Source: an uncultured Chloroflexia bacterium (GTDB lineage: Bacteria; Chloroflexota; Anaerolineae; JAAYZQ01). Taken from it: DNA of 64,000 nucleotides. The notes under the pieces are model-generated. The model was not told the origin of the DNA, did no database searches, and saw nothing but the letters and a program-made list of their open reading frames with translations. The stretch spans positions 1,664,001-1,728,000 of the forward strand of contig CAVOXA010000010.1 of NCBI GenBank assembly GCA_963700285.1, in the 5' to 3' direction. Below, piece after piece: positions 49,349 through 59,600 of the stretch. Both the position numbers and the translations under genes were made by a program. Within the stretch, counting starts at the first letter, position 1, and each line of letters starts with the position of its first letter.

Positions 49349-50569
49349 ATGCGAGGAAAAAGAACCCTCTTGAGCGCAATGGCCGTGTTACTCGGCAGCC
49401 TGCTGCTCATCGGGCCGAGTCTGGCAATCGGGCGGGCCCAAGCGCCCAATCAGGCGGGCCTGGTGGTGCAGTTGGGTGATGGCTCTCTAATCACCCGCTG
49501 CATAGACTTTAGCGAATCCGAGATCAACAGCTACGATCTGTTGCTTCGTTCTGGCCTGACCGTTGTCACCTCTGGCGACCCGACAGTGGGAATGGCCGTC
49601 TGCAATATCGAGGCGGAGGGTTGTCCGGCCAGCGATTGCTTCTGCCAGTGCAAGGGCAGTACCTGCACCTACTGGTCCTACTGGCACCTGGTGGACGGGG
49701 CCTGGCAGTATTCTTCGCTCGGCGCCAGCGGCCATACGGCTGCCCCTGGCGACGTCGAGGGCTGGCACTGGGGTGAGGCACAGCCCCCGCCGGTTATACC
49801 CTTGGCCGAGATCTGCGTCCCGCCAGCGACCGACACACCCGAGCCCACACCCACCTGGACATCGTCGCCGACCCCCCTGCCGACCGATACGCCATCGCCC
49901 AGCCCTGAGCCGTCGGCCACCTGGACGCCCTCTCCTAGCGCGCTACCGCCCACGGACACACCGTTGCCCACGGACACACCAGACCCAACAGTGACCGAGG
50001 CAGCCACCGCGACGCCCACCACCAAAGTGCCCATTGCCTTGCAGGCAACGCCGGAACCAGTGCCCGAGTCCGGCGGCTCCGGCCAGGCCGGCCCAACGAT
50101 AACATCGACGCCCGACGCCTCCAGCCAGGTACAGCCAACGGCTGCCCCTGCTCCGACCGACACATCGGAGCCACCACCGCCTACGTCACCTCCGCCTACG
50201 CCGATACCGGTGGTGCAGAGCTCGGCTACCCCGGCCCAGATCCCGCCCGCCACAGTCACGCCGGCGGCAGTGATGCTGCCGACCAATACACCTCTACCCC
50301 TGGCAACCCAGGTAGCTCTGGCGGCAGATCCTGCTTCCGGAGCGCGATCGGACGCCGCCCAAGCAGGTCAGGAGAGCGGGCAGACAAGAAGCAACAAGAA
50401 CCTATTGACCATCCTCAGCGTTGGTGTGGGGATGGCCTACATCTTTTTCGTGCTGTTCGTGGTTGTTTTGGCAGGGCTATTCGTCCTGGTCAGGCTCAGA
50501 GCAGCGCTAGGAGGTGAGAGATGCCCGACCTGCTGGAAAGGAATGACGTTTCGACGCTTTACGCCCTGA
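49349..50569 (+). CDS. Membrane-anchored protein: DUF4430-like domain, Pro/Thr-rich stalk, C-terminal TM (true stop probably TAG ~50510)
   Basis: Signal peptide, VCNIEAEGCPASDCFC..YWSYW..WQYSSLGA..GDVEGWHWG, ~170-aa PT-rich linker, TM helix followed by RLR. Confidence 0.8.
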   Translation: MRGKRTLLSAMAVLLGSLLLIGPSLAIGRAQAPNQAGLVVQLGDGSLITRCIDFSESEINSYDLLLRSGLTVVTSGDPTVGMAVCNIEAEGCPASDCFCQCKGSTCTYWSYWHLVDGAWQYSSLGASGHTAAPGDVEGWHWGEAQPPPVIPLAEICVPPATDTPEPTPTWTSSPTPLPTDTPSPSPEPSATWTPSPSALPPTDTPLPTDTPDPTVTEAATATPTTKVPIALQATPEPVPESGGSGQAGPTITSTPDASSQVQPTAAPAPTDTSEPPPPTSPPPTPIPVVQSSATPAQIPPATVTPAAVMLPTNTPLPLATQVALAADPASGARSDAAQAGQESGQTRSNKNLLTILSVGVGMAYIFFVLFVVVLAGLFVLVRLRAALGGERCPTCWKGMTFRRFTP

Positions 50570-50781
50570 AGGTGGGATGCCAGTCTCATGACAGTACGGC
50601 CGGACCTGCGCTACACCGCCTGGTGGAGGCCTGGCAGGCCCTGGAGCTACTGGAGGAGAATCTGCCGGATGGTCCCGATCGTTGGCAGGCAGACGGCATC
50701 CACGTGGCCCGGGAGGGGATCCGGCGTGCCTGGCTGGCGGTTTCCAACCTGGATCGAGGCTTGAAGCGTCGGCGTAGATAG
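50521..50781 (+). CDS. Small hypothetical protein (86 aa)
   Basis: Strong AGGAGGTG RBS, helical-looking sequence, last gene of the riboswitch operon. Confidence 0.6.
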   Translation: MPDLLERNDVSTLYALKVGCQSHDSTAGPALHRLVEAWQALELLEENLPDGPDRWQADGIHVAREGIRRAWLAVSNLDRGLKRRRR

Positions 50782-50976
50782 GTGTGTTGTTATCAAGCGC
50801 AACGCACCAGGCTGTCGCACGACAATCTTCTTTTCATTGCCTCACATTCTCTGCACGATCTCAGTTGGTCCGCAGAGCTTCTGCCGAAGGCCATGGCTCA
50901 GGTGGGGCCGGAATGGGAGCGAGAATTACAGAGGCAACCTGCCAGAGCAGGGTGACTGCTTCTTCTGCTCATACGC

Positions 50977-51022
50977 AAAAAAAGGGGAGCGAGGCCCAGT
51001 GGGCTCGCTCCCCCCTTTCGTT
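50977..51022. terminator. Bidirectional intrinsic terminator
   Basis: AAAAAAGGGGAGCGAGGCCC-AGT-GGGCTCGCTCCCCCTTT between convergent genes. Confidence 0.75.
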
Positions 51023-51041
51023 CGAAAAAACCTGCGTACCG

Positions 51042-53287
51042 CTACGGTGTAACCGACGGGCGGGTCATGCCACCTACGTCTGCGCCCAGATCGGCCTGGC
51101 TGTCGTACAGGAATTGGAGGATGTACTTGGGATTATGGGCAAAAGCGCCAGGATCCTTTCTGGTATACTGGTAGTTGTAGGCTGCCCGAAGTAGACGCGG
51201 CGTCCAGGCAGCATAGCGGTTGTCATAGACAGCCTCACCCTCGTCGGCTTCTCCATTGCCGTCCGTGTCGGAGAAAAAGTAGGGATAGGTGTGAGGTTCA
51301 TAGACGATGGGAGTTCCGGTAACGCCGGTCGCATAGTCCTGCATGGCAGCGTACAGGCCCTGAGCTCATGCCGTCGATCTCGCCGGCGATCCCTTCTTCG
51401 GTGTCACCGTCGCCGTCATAGTCCGTGCTGTCCATGCGAATGCTAGCCAGGTCCTCTCGGGTCTGTACGCCCGGGTGACAAGCACCGCACTCCTCTACCT
51501 CGACGTCCTGGCGATGGGTGTCGTGGCACTGGGTGCAAGTCCTGTAGGCTTCCACGTGCGTCAGCCGGCCGTTGTATCCTTCCGATCCATACTCGTAGGC
51601 TCCCTGGACCTCCGTACCGTATAGGGTGGCGCCCAGCCGCAAAGTAGTGGATGTTGATGAACTCCTGCCCATCGATGACCGTGTCCAGGTCCTGGCCCGC
51701 GATGGCGCCGTTGATCGTAGCGATGGAGCTCAGCCCCTGGTGGCAGTTGAGGCACAGGTTGCTGCTTGGGTCGCCGCTGTCGATCAGCGTGCCCCTGGGG
51801 AACCTGACCCAATCTACTGGATAGATCGAGAAGGTGGTCAGGTCGTCGTGGCAGGTGGCGCAGTTCAGCCCATTGGAGGGCTGCTCCGTGATGTTCACCC
51901 CCTCGGTCAGGTACAGGGGCAGACCGTCCTTCGTGTGACACCGGGCGCAGTGGCCGGGTACGCTGCCCTCCTCATCCCAGTTGCGGAATGCTCTCTCCGA
52001 GCCGGCAAAGTGGCCGTGGTCGATGCGGTTCACCTTCGAGAGATCGATGGGATTGGACAGTGCTTCATTCAGGTTCTCGATGGAGTCGTACAGTAGCTGG
52101 ATCATGTACTTGCCACCGTGGGCATAGGAACCAGGATCCTTGAGCGAGGTCTGATAGTTGTAGGCGGCTTTAGCCAGGCGGCCGGTCCAGGCATTGTAGC
52201 CGTTGGAGGGGTCGGCCTCACCTTCATCCACTTCGCCGTTGGCATTGCCGTCAACGAAAAAGTAGGGGTAGATGTGGGATTCATAGACGATGGGCGTACC
52301 CGATACCTCAGCGGTGTAAGCCCGGATCGCCTCGTAGAGCATCTCCTGTAGGCCCTCAACCTCGTAATAGATGCCCTCTTCCAGATCGCCGTCGCCGTCA
52401 TAATCCACCAGCGAGCCCGCCATGCGTCGATCCTTGGGGTCGCTCTCGGTATGGCATTCACTGCAGGTTTCTGTTTTCAGCTCCAACGTATGAGTGTCGT
52501 GACAACCGACACAGGTATCCAGGCCTGCTACGTGGTCATGCTTGGCGTCGTAGGCCTTGCCCTCATACTCGTAGCCTCCCTGCGCCAGGGTACCATACAG
52601 GGAAGCCGCCGCGGCCTTGTAATGGATGTTGGTAAAGCCCAGATCCTCGCTCACCGTATCCATATCCTCCAGGCCGGCCTCGGCAATCGCATCGTCCACG
52701 GAAGCCTTGGACGTCCGTCCCTGGTGGCACTCCATGCAGCGGGCCTCGGGGCCAAGACCGGTAATCTCCATGCCCGAAGGAAAGACTACGGTGTCCCAGG
52801 TTTCGGTGGCCTTGTTGTGGCAGGTGTTGCAGTTGATCACGGTCCCCACGGCGTGGTCATTGTCCACGGCGCGCGCCGCACTGCCATCCATCCCCAAAAA
52901 GTCCAGGTAGCCGGTCTCGCTATGGCACTTGGCGCAGTTGGCAGGGATGACCGGCGGATCATCATCGTCCCAATGGCGGAACGCCTCTGCTTCTGCGTCG
53001 GCGTGGGCGGACGCGGCCCACTCGGCATCATAGGCGGTTTGCGTGTCTGTACCAGGACCTGCCGGACATTCTGCCTCCGGGCACTCGGGACATTCTGCCT
53101 GTGGGCAGACCGGGCAGTCCGGACAGGTCTCTACGGCCGGACAGTCCGGACACTCTACTTGTGGACATTCCGGGCAATCCGGACATTCGGGACAGGGCTC
53201 TGAAGTTGCTCCACAACCAACCAGCACAAGAGCCAGCAACAGGCCGAGCGCCACTACCACCAGCGGCTTCCACTGCATTGGGTTCAT
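51042..53287 (-). CDS. Decaheme c-type cytochrome lipoprotein (tandem pentaheme modules); frameshifts at ~51635 and ~51362
   Basis: GGAGGA RBS, lipobox LVGC, ten CxxCH motifs (CAKCH, CNTCH, CMECH, CVGCH, CSECH, CARCH, CATCH, CLNCH, CTQCH, CGACH) across three ORF fragments. Confidence 0.88.
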
Positions 53288-53500
53288 TCCTCCTAGGTCC
53301 GTGCAAGTTGCAGACGCGTTACATGATATCACAGTTCTCCAGAGAAACGAAATCTGCCCTTGTAGCCGGTCTGCACCGGTCTCGACCAGAGAATGGTTGT
53401 TTGTCTTCCCGGGCCAAAAAGGATATAATGACCAGGGACTGTGATGGTTGAACCCACAGTGTGAGTCCAAGCCTGCTGCATGCTGAAGGGAGCGTGGATC

Positions 53501-54475
53501 GTGAGTGAACTGCTTGTTGCTGCTACGAACCAAGGCATTGTCGTCGCTGGGCGTGGGGACGAGGTTTGGCAGGTACAGAGCCAGAGCCTGAAAAGCCACC
53601 GGGTCAATACCTTGAGCGTTCAGAAGGGAACGGTCCTGGCTGGTACAAGGCAGGGCATCTATCGCTCCAGCGACCAGGGGCAAACCTGGCAGGCCGCCAG
53701 CGAGGGGCTGACCGAACTTCACGTGCGCTGGATGGCTCACCATCCCGATGGGTCGGGCACAGTTCTGGCTGGCACCGAGCCGGCAGCCCTCTTCCTTTCA
53801 CGCGATGGTGGGCAGACATGGGCAGAGCGCCCCGAGGTAGCCCAGCTTCGCGACGAGCATGGCTGGTACTTGCCCTACTCGCCCGAGGCCGGCTGCGTGC
53901 GTGGTTTTGCCTTTCACGGCGACCGCGTCTACGCTGCCGTAGAAGTGGGCGGGCTGCTGCGCTCCGATGATGGTGGTGAAACCTGGCATCTGGCCAAGGG
54001 CAGCAGCGGCGACCCTCGCGCCCTGCCAAGGGACCATATCCACCCCGACGTGCATTCCGTGGTCGCGCATCCCTCATCACCAGATCTGCTCTTTGCCCCA
54101 ACTGGTGGCGGCTTTTACTCTTCAGAGGATGGCGGCGAGACGTGGGAGCAGTCTTATCGGTGTTATTGTCGGGCCGCATGGGTCGATCCCCATGACGCCG
54201 GGCACCTGATCCTTGGCCCTGCCGACTCGGTGAACCGCGAGGGTCGTATCGAAGAGACCCAGAATGGTGGGGCGACCTGGGGGCCAGCCTCGGAGGGACT
54301 TGTGGTGCCCTGGCCGCGCCACATGCTCGAGCGCTTGCGGCAAGAGGGCGAGGAGCTGTTCGCCGTGCTATCCAATGGCGAGCTGCTGTCTGCTTCCCTG
54401 GCGAAGCTTGCCTGGCAGCGTATCCTGCCCGCTGTAGAGGGGGTACATGCCTTGGCCATCATGAAGCTGGACTGA
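53501..54475 (+). CDS. BNR/Asp-box beta-propeller protein (WD40/YVTN-like)
   Basis: Repeated SxDGGxTW, AGTEPA, HPDVH. GTG start after AAGGGAG. Confidence 0.8.
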   Translation: MSELLVAATNQGIVVAGRGDEVWQVQSQSLKSHRVNTLSVQKGTVLAGTRQGIYRSSDQGQTWQAASEGLTELHVRWMAHHPDGSGTVLAGTEPAALFLSRDGGQTWAERPEVAQLRDEHGWYLPYSPEAGCVRGFAFHGDRVYAAVEVGGLLRSDDGGETWHLAKGSSGDPRALPRDHIHPDVHSVVAHPSSPDLLFAPTGGGFYSSEDGGETWEQSYRCYCRAAWVDPHDAGHLILGPADSVNREGRIEETQNGGATWGPASEGLVVPWPRHMLERLRQEGEELFAVLSNGELLSASLAKLAWQRILPAVEGVHALAIMKLD

Positions 54476-54547
54476 GAGCCCGGGTCGTGTACGGCGAACG
54501 TAGGAGGGCTCGTACCAGGTATCGAGCTTCAAGCAGGAGGTAGGTCA

Positions 54548-55696
54548 ATGACTGACACTCAGGCGCAATCACCGGCGGCGATGCTCGAGGCCCAGCTGAA
54601 GCCCTGGCACGATGCCGTGGCGGAACCGGCAGGGGCACAGGAGGTGGTCCTCCACCGTTTGCTGCAGTCCTATGCTCAGACTGACTATGGCTCACAGCAC
54701 GGCGCCACCCAGATCCAGAACATCAATGACTATCGCCGTGCTTTCCCCGTTACGACCTACGAGGACTACAAGCCACTTGTCCAGCGCGTTATGGCCGGCG
54801 AGGTTGGCTTGCTGCTGGACGAGGAGCCGGTTGGTTGGGCCATCACCCGGGGCACCACCGGCGACGAGTCCAAATTCATCCCCATGACACCCACCGATCT
54901 GCGCATGCGGGTCAGCGCCGGGCGGGCGATGATGAACTATGTCGCGACCTCCGGCCGCTACGACCTGTTCCAGGGTGTGAACCTGAATCTCAATTTCCCC
55001 TCGGTGGTAGGCACGGTGCTCGTTGGCGACAGGGACCTAGAATACGGCTACAGCTCGGGCATCTATACAAAGTACGTTTCAGCCCAGACGCCCATCCGCT
55101 CGGTGCCATCCCAGGACGAGATCGATGCTCTGGGCGGGGGCAAGGCTCAGAGCGACTGGGACGCCCGTTTTGAGCTGGCCTATCAGAAGGCCAAGGCGGA
55201 GAATGTAACCCTGGTAGGGGGCGTTGCCACGACGGCCGTGCTCTTTGGCCGCTATTTGCGCCGCGCCCACGGGCTCTATCCCAAGGATCTGTGGCAGACG
55301 CAGATCGTGACCCTGGGCAGCGTACCCGGGATCAATACCACCTACCGGGAGACGCTCAAGGCGCTTTTTGGCAAGGTCGTCATCCGCGAGATCTATGGCG
55401 CTACAGAGGGCATGTTCGGGCAGCAGCGGGATGAGAGGCGGGCCTGGGTCCCAAACTACGATCTATTCTTCCTTGAGGTTGAGACCCGCTCTGGCATCAA
55501 GATGCTGCATGAAATGCGCCCGGGCGAAAGGGGGAGCCTGATCGTATCGACGCCGATCCTGCCCCGCTACCAGATCGGCGACCGCATCCTCGCCCTCAAG
55601 CCTCCCTACTTTCGTTGTATCGGCCGCGAGCACTGGTGGACGTCCCTGCGTTACGCTTGGGATGAGTTCAGGACGATGAATCTCGGCAGGCTGTGA
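54548..55696 (+). CDS. GH3 (auxin-responsive)/acyl-adenylate amido synthetase family protein
   Basis: FPVTTYEDY, TRGTTGDESKFIP, EIYGATEG, RYQIGD. Confidence 0.82.
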   Translation: MTDTQAQSPAAMLEAQLKPWHDAVAEPAGAQEVVLHRLLQSYAQTDYGSQHGATQIQNINDYRRAFPVTTYEDYKPLVQRVMAGEVGLLLDEEPVGWAITRGTTGDESKFIPMTPTDLRMRVSAGRAMMNYVATSGRYDLFQGVNLNLNFPSVVGTVLVGDRDLEYGYSSGIYTKYVSAQTPIRSVPSQDEIDALGGGKAQSDWDARFELAYQKAKAENVTLVGGVATTAVLFGRYLRRAHGLYPKDLWQTQIVTLGSVPGINTTYRETLKALFGKVVIREIYGATEGMFGQQRDERRAWVPNYDLFFLEVETRSGIKMLHEMRPGERGSLIVSTPILPRYQIGDRILALKPPYFRCIGREHWWTSLRYAWDEFRTMNLGRL

Positions 55697-55704
55697 GCAC
55701 GTGG

Positions 55705-55733
55705 TTGACCTTTCCACCCGCTCATAGTATAAT
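55705..55733 (+). promoter_or_regulatory. Sigma70-type promoter
   Basis: TTGACC-17nt-TATAAT. Confidence 0.7.
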
Positions 55734-55828
55734 TTGCCTCGTCCGGTATGGCGTATGCTGCTGGACACATCGCCCCGAGTATAGGCGGGACTGCCGCGCC
55801 GGGGCACAACTTGAGCAAATAGGCAAGT

Positions 55829-56566
55829 ATGAACGAAGCTAAAGTGATGGTGGTTGTCCCCACCTATAACGAGGCCGAAAACCTCTCGGCTATGGTTGGC
55901 GAGTTGCTGGCCCTGGGCCTGCCAGGCCTGGAGATCCTGGTTGTGGATGACGACTCCCCGGATGGTACCGGGGCGATCGCCGATGATCTGGTCCAGCAGC
56001 ACCCGGGCCGGGTGCACGTCCTGCACCGGATGGGTGAGCGGGGTTTGGGTACGGCCTACAGGGCCGGTTTCGGCTATGCTCTGGACCATGGGGCTGACTT
56101 TATCGTTCAGATGGATGCCGACTTTTCCCATTCACCCTCATACATCCCCCGATTCCTTGAGGCAATCGAGGATTACGACGTCGTGATAGGGTCGCGCTAT
56201 GTGTCCGGCGGCAGCTTGGACGAGCAGTGGGGCGTGGGACGATACCTTCTGAGTTGGTGGGCCAATAGTGTCTACACCCATCTGATCCTGGGAGTCAAAG
56301 TCAAGGATGCTACGGCTGGCTTTAAATGCTGGCGTCGGGCGACGTTGGAGGGCATTGGCCTGGATCGCGTGCACTCGAACGGCTACGTCTTTCAGGTGGA
56401 AATGGCCTACCTCACAGAAAAGTTGGGCTATCGCTTCCTGGAGATCCCGATTCACTTCGAAGACCGGCGCATCGGCCAGTCCAAGATGACCATGCCGGTC
56501 AAGATCGAAGCTGCCCTGCGGCCGCTTGAGATCCGTAGGCGACATCGTGGTACAGAGCGGGCCTAG
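55829..56566 (+). CDS. Polyprenol monophosphomannose synthase (Dpm1/Ppm1-like GT2)
   Basis: [43 protein letters not shown]. Confidence 0.92.
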   Translation: MNEAKVMVVVPTYNEAENLSAMVGELLALGLPGLEILVVDDDSPDGTGAIADDLVQQHPGRVHVLHRMGERGLGTAYRAGFGYALDHGADFIVQMDADFSHSPSYIPRFLEAIEDYDVVIGSRYVSGGSLDEQWGVGRYLLSWWANSVYTHLILGVKVKDATAGFKCWRRATLEGIGLDRVHSNGYVFQVEMAYLTEKLGYRFLEIPIHFEDRRIGQSKMTMPVKIEAALRPLEIRRRHRGTERA

Positions 56567-56647
56567 CGCATGACCAGTGACCAATGACCGGTAGCCGCCT
56601 TGCGTGGTCATCGCGCATTGGCCATTGGTAGCGGATATTTGCTCACT

Positions 56648-59600
56648 ATGCAACGATCCAGGAAATGGCTTCTGGACGGGGGAGCCCTGCTCGTCCTGCT
56701 GATCCTGCCCTTGATCCTGTTCTGGCCGGTAGCAGTGGGCCAGAAGACCCTCATCCCGGCCGACAACCTCTATCAGTGGGAGCCATACCGGACCGATGCT
56801 GACCAGCAAGGGGTAGATCTCCCACCGCACAATGAACTCCTCAGTGACCTGGTACTTGAGAACCTGGTCTGGAAGCGGTTCATCGTCCAGTCGATCCAGG
56901 CCCGAGAGGTACCGCTGTGGAACCCCCATCTGTTTGGCGGCGTGCCTTTCCTGGCCGCCGGCCAGCACTCGGCCCTCTATCCCTTAAGCGGGCTGTTCTA
57001 CGTCCTGCCCCTGATCCGGGCCTATGGTTTGTTCACCGTACTCCAGCTGTGGCTGGCCGGAGCTTTTATGTATATCTTTGGCCGGACGCTGCGCATGGGA
57101 CGCTTCCCGGCCCTCGTTGCTGGCATCACCTTCCAACTAAGCGCCTTCTTCCTGGTCAGTGTGGTATTCAGCATGATCATCGCCGCCGCTGCCTGGCTGC
57201 CGCTGCTGCTGGCGATTATCGAGGTCATGGTCCGCAAGCAGGAGGAAAAAGGGACAGGCCCCTTTGTGCCCGTCGTCTATGTCCTGCTGGGCAGCACAGC
57301 GCTGGGCATTCACGTCTTAGCCGGTCACCCCGAGATCCTGGTCTACACCTTGATGGTCATGGCCTACTATGCGCTGATCAGGCTCATCCTACTCTGGCGG
57401 CGCGTGGGGGATTGGAGGCCGTCCCTACGTCTAGGGTGCTGGCTGGCACTGATGGTGGGCTTGGGCATCGGGCTCGGCTCGGTGCAACTGATCCCGCTGT
57501 TTGAACTGGTCACCAGCAGCTTTCGTGAGGGCTCGGTGACCTATGCCGACGTCGTCGGCTGGGCCTATCCCGGCCGGCAGATCTTGACCTTCCTGGTGCC
57601 CGACTTTTTTGGCAACCCAGCGCACCATGGTTACTGGGATCTGGTAAGCCGGCAGTGGGTGGCCGCGGACCGCATCTTCTGGGGCATCAAGAACTATGTC
57701 GAGGCCGGAAGCTACGTTGGCATTCTGCCCCTCCTTCTGGCGACGGTGGCTGTGTTTGGATCTCTCCGCTCTTCAGAGAATCGGCGACACATCTGGATCT
57801 TTGCTGCGTTGGCAGCCCTGTCGCTGCTTTTTGTCTTTGGCACTCCCCTGTACGCCATCCTTTACTATGGTTTGCCCGGCATCAAGCAGCTTCATTCGCC
57901 ATTCCGCTGGATTTTCCCCTATACCCTGAGTGTGGCCGTGCTGGCAGGCTTTGGGGTAAAAAGCCTGAGTACGGCAATTCGGAGATTGGATGTTGGGGAG
58001 CAGGGGATAGTCGGAATCGAAATGCGTGGATCTAGAATCCTAGCCCTGTTTGCCTGGGCTATCCTGCTTGTGGGGGCCGCGATGGTGGCTGTGCTGGCCA
58101 TCGTGTTCATCGCCCCGGAGCTTTTTTTGCCGCTGGCAGACAGGTTTCTGGTTGCCGTGGAGAAGGCACAGGAGGCGTTTGGCAGCGGCCGGATGCTCTT
58201 GTCCTACCAATGGCGGAACTTTTTGATCCTTGGGCTAGTGCTTGTCGCTAGTGGGCTGGTGCTGCTCGCGAGCCGCCGTGCCCTCTATCTATCTATACGC
58301 AAACCCGTAAAAGTTCGGACACCGGTGTGGCAGATCCTGGTGGTGGCAGTGGTAGCAGTGGATCTGCTGCTCTTTGGGGCGGGCTTCAATCCGGCTTCCG
58401 ATCCAGCCTGGCTTGGCTATACACCGCCTTCTGTCGAGTTCTTGAAGGAACGTAGCGAGGGAGTCGAACCCTGGCGACTGACTACCTACCAAGTCGAGGG
58501 CGGGACCAAGACTCTGAACGCCAATATCCCCTGGCTTCACGATCTCCAGGACGTCCGGGGCTACGATTCCATCATTCCCCGCCAATATGTGACCTACATG
58601 CGCGCGATTGAGAACCAGGGGGAGCTGCTCTACAACCGGATCGCACCCATCTATGGCCTGGAGAACCTCAGCTCGCCGTTGCTGGACCTGCTAAACGTGC
58701 GCTACGTTGTAACTGAGGGTGAGGTTCCCAATCCTGACTATGAGCTGGTCTACGACGACAAAGTACGCATCTATGAGAACACCGATGTCCTGCCCCGCGC
58801 CTTTGCCCTATCCCGCGCCGAGGTCGTCAGCGAGGCTGATCTAGCCGGGCGTCTGTCCAGCCTGGATCCCCGAGCACTGGTGCTCCTGGACGAGGATACA
58901 ATACCCGATGCCCAAGTTCCAGGTTCGGATCTGAAATGGCCTCTGCAGCCTGCATCCATTGCAGCCTATGCGCCCAACGTTGTCTTTGTCGACGTCGAGA
59001 TGCCTGGTCCGGGTTGGCTAGTACTGGCCGACAGCTATTCCCCGGGTTGGAAGGCCTATCGATCAGATCCCGATGGCAAGGCCCCGGATCCCAAATCCGA
59101 GCCGGCGAATGAGCGCGAGCTGACCATCGTTCGGGCAGACGGCAACTTTCGGGCGGTCTTTTTGGAAGAGGGGCGACACCGAGTCCGGTTCAAATATACT
59201 CCCATGAGCTTTAAGCTTGGGCTGTATGGCAGTTTCATGGCTGTGGTCGTGATGCTCTTGGTGGGGTTCTATTGGCTGTGGGGGCGCTTTTACCGGGAGA
59301 GCGCCGACGATCCCACAGTCAAGCGGGTGGCCAAAAACAGTCTGTTGCCTATGGGCCTGCAGTTGCTCAACAAGGTCATTGACTTTGCCTTTGCCATGCT
59401 CATGCTCCGCATTCTGGCGCCAGAGATGGCCGGGCGCTACTACTTTGCCGTGGCCTTTATCGGCTATTTTGACATCCTGGTGCGCTTTGGGCTGGGTACG
59501 CTGCTCACCCGTGAGGTGTCCAAGGAACGAGAGCAGGGCAACAGGTATCTGAGTACCGTCACGATCTTGAGAGGGCTGCTGTGGCTGACCTCGGTGCCGT

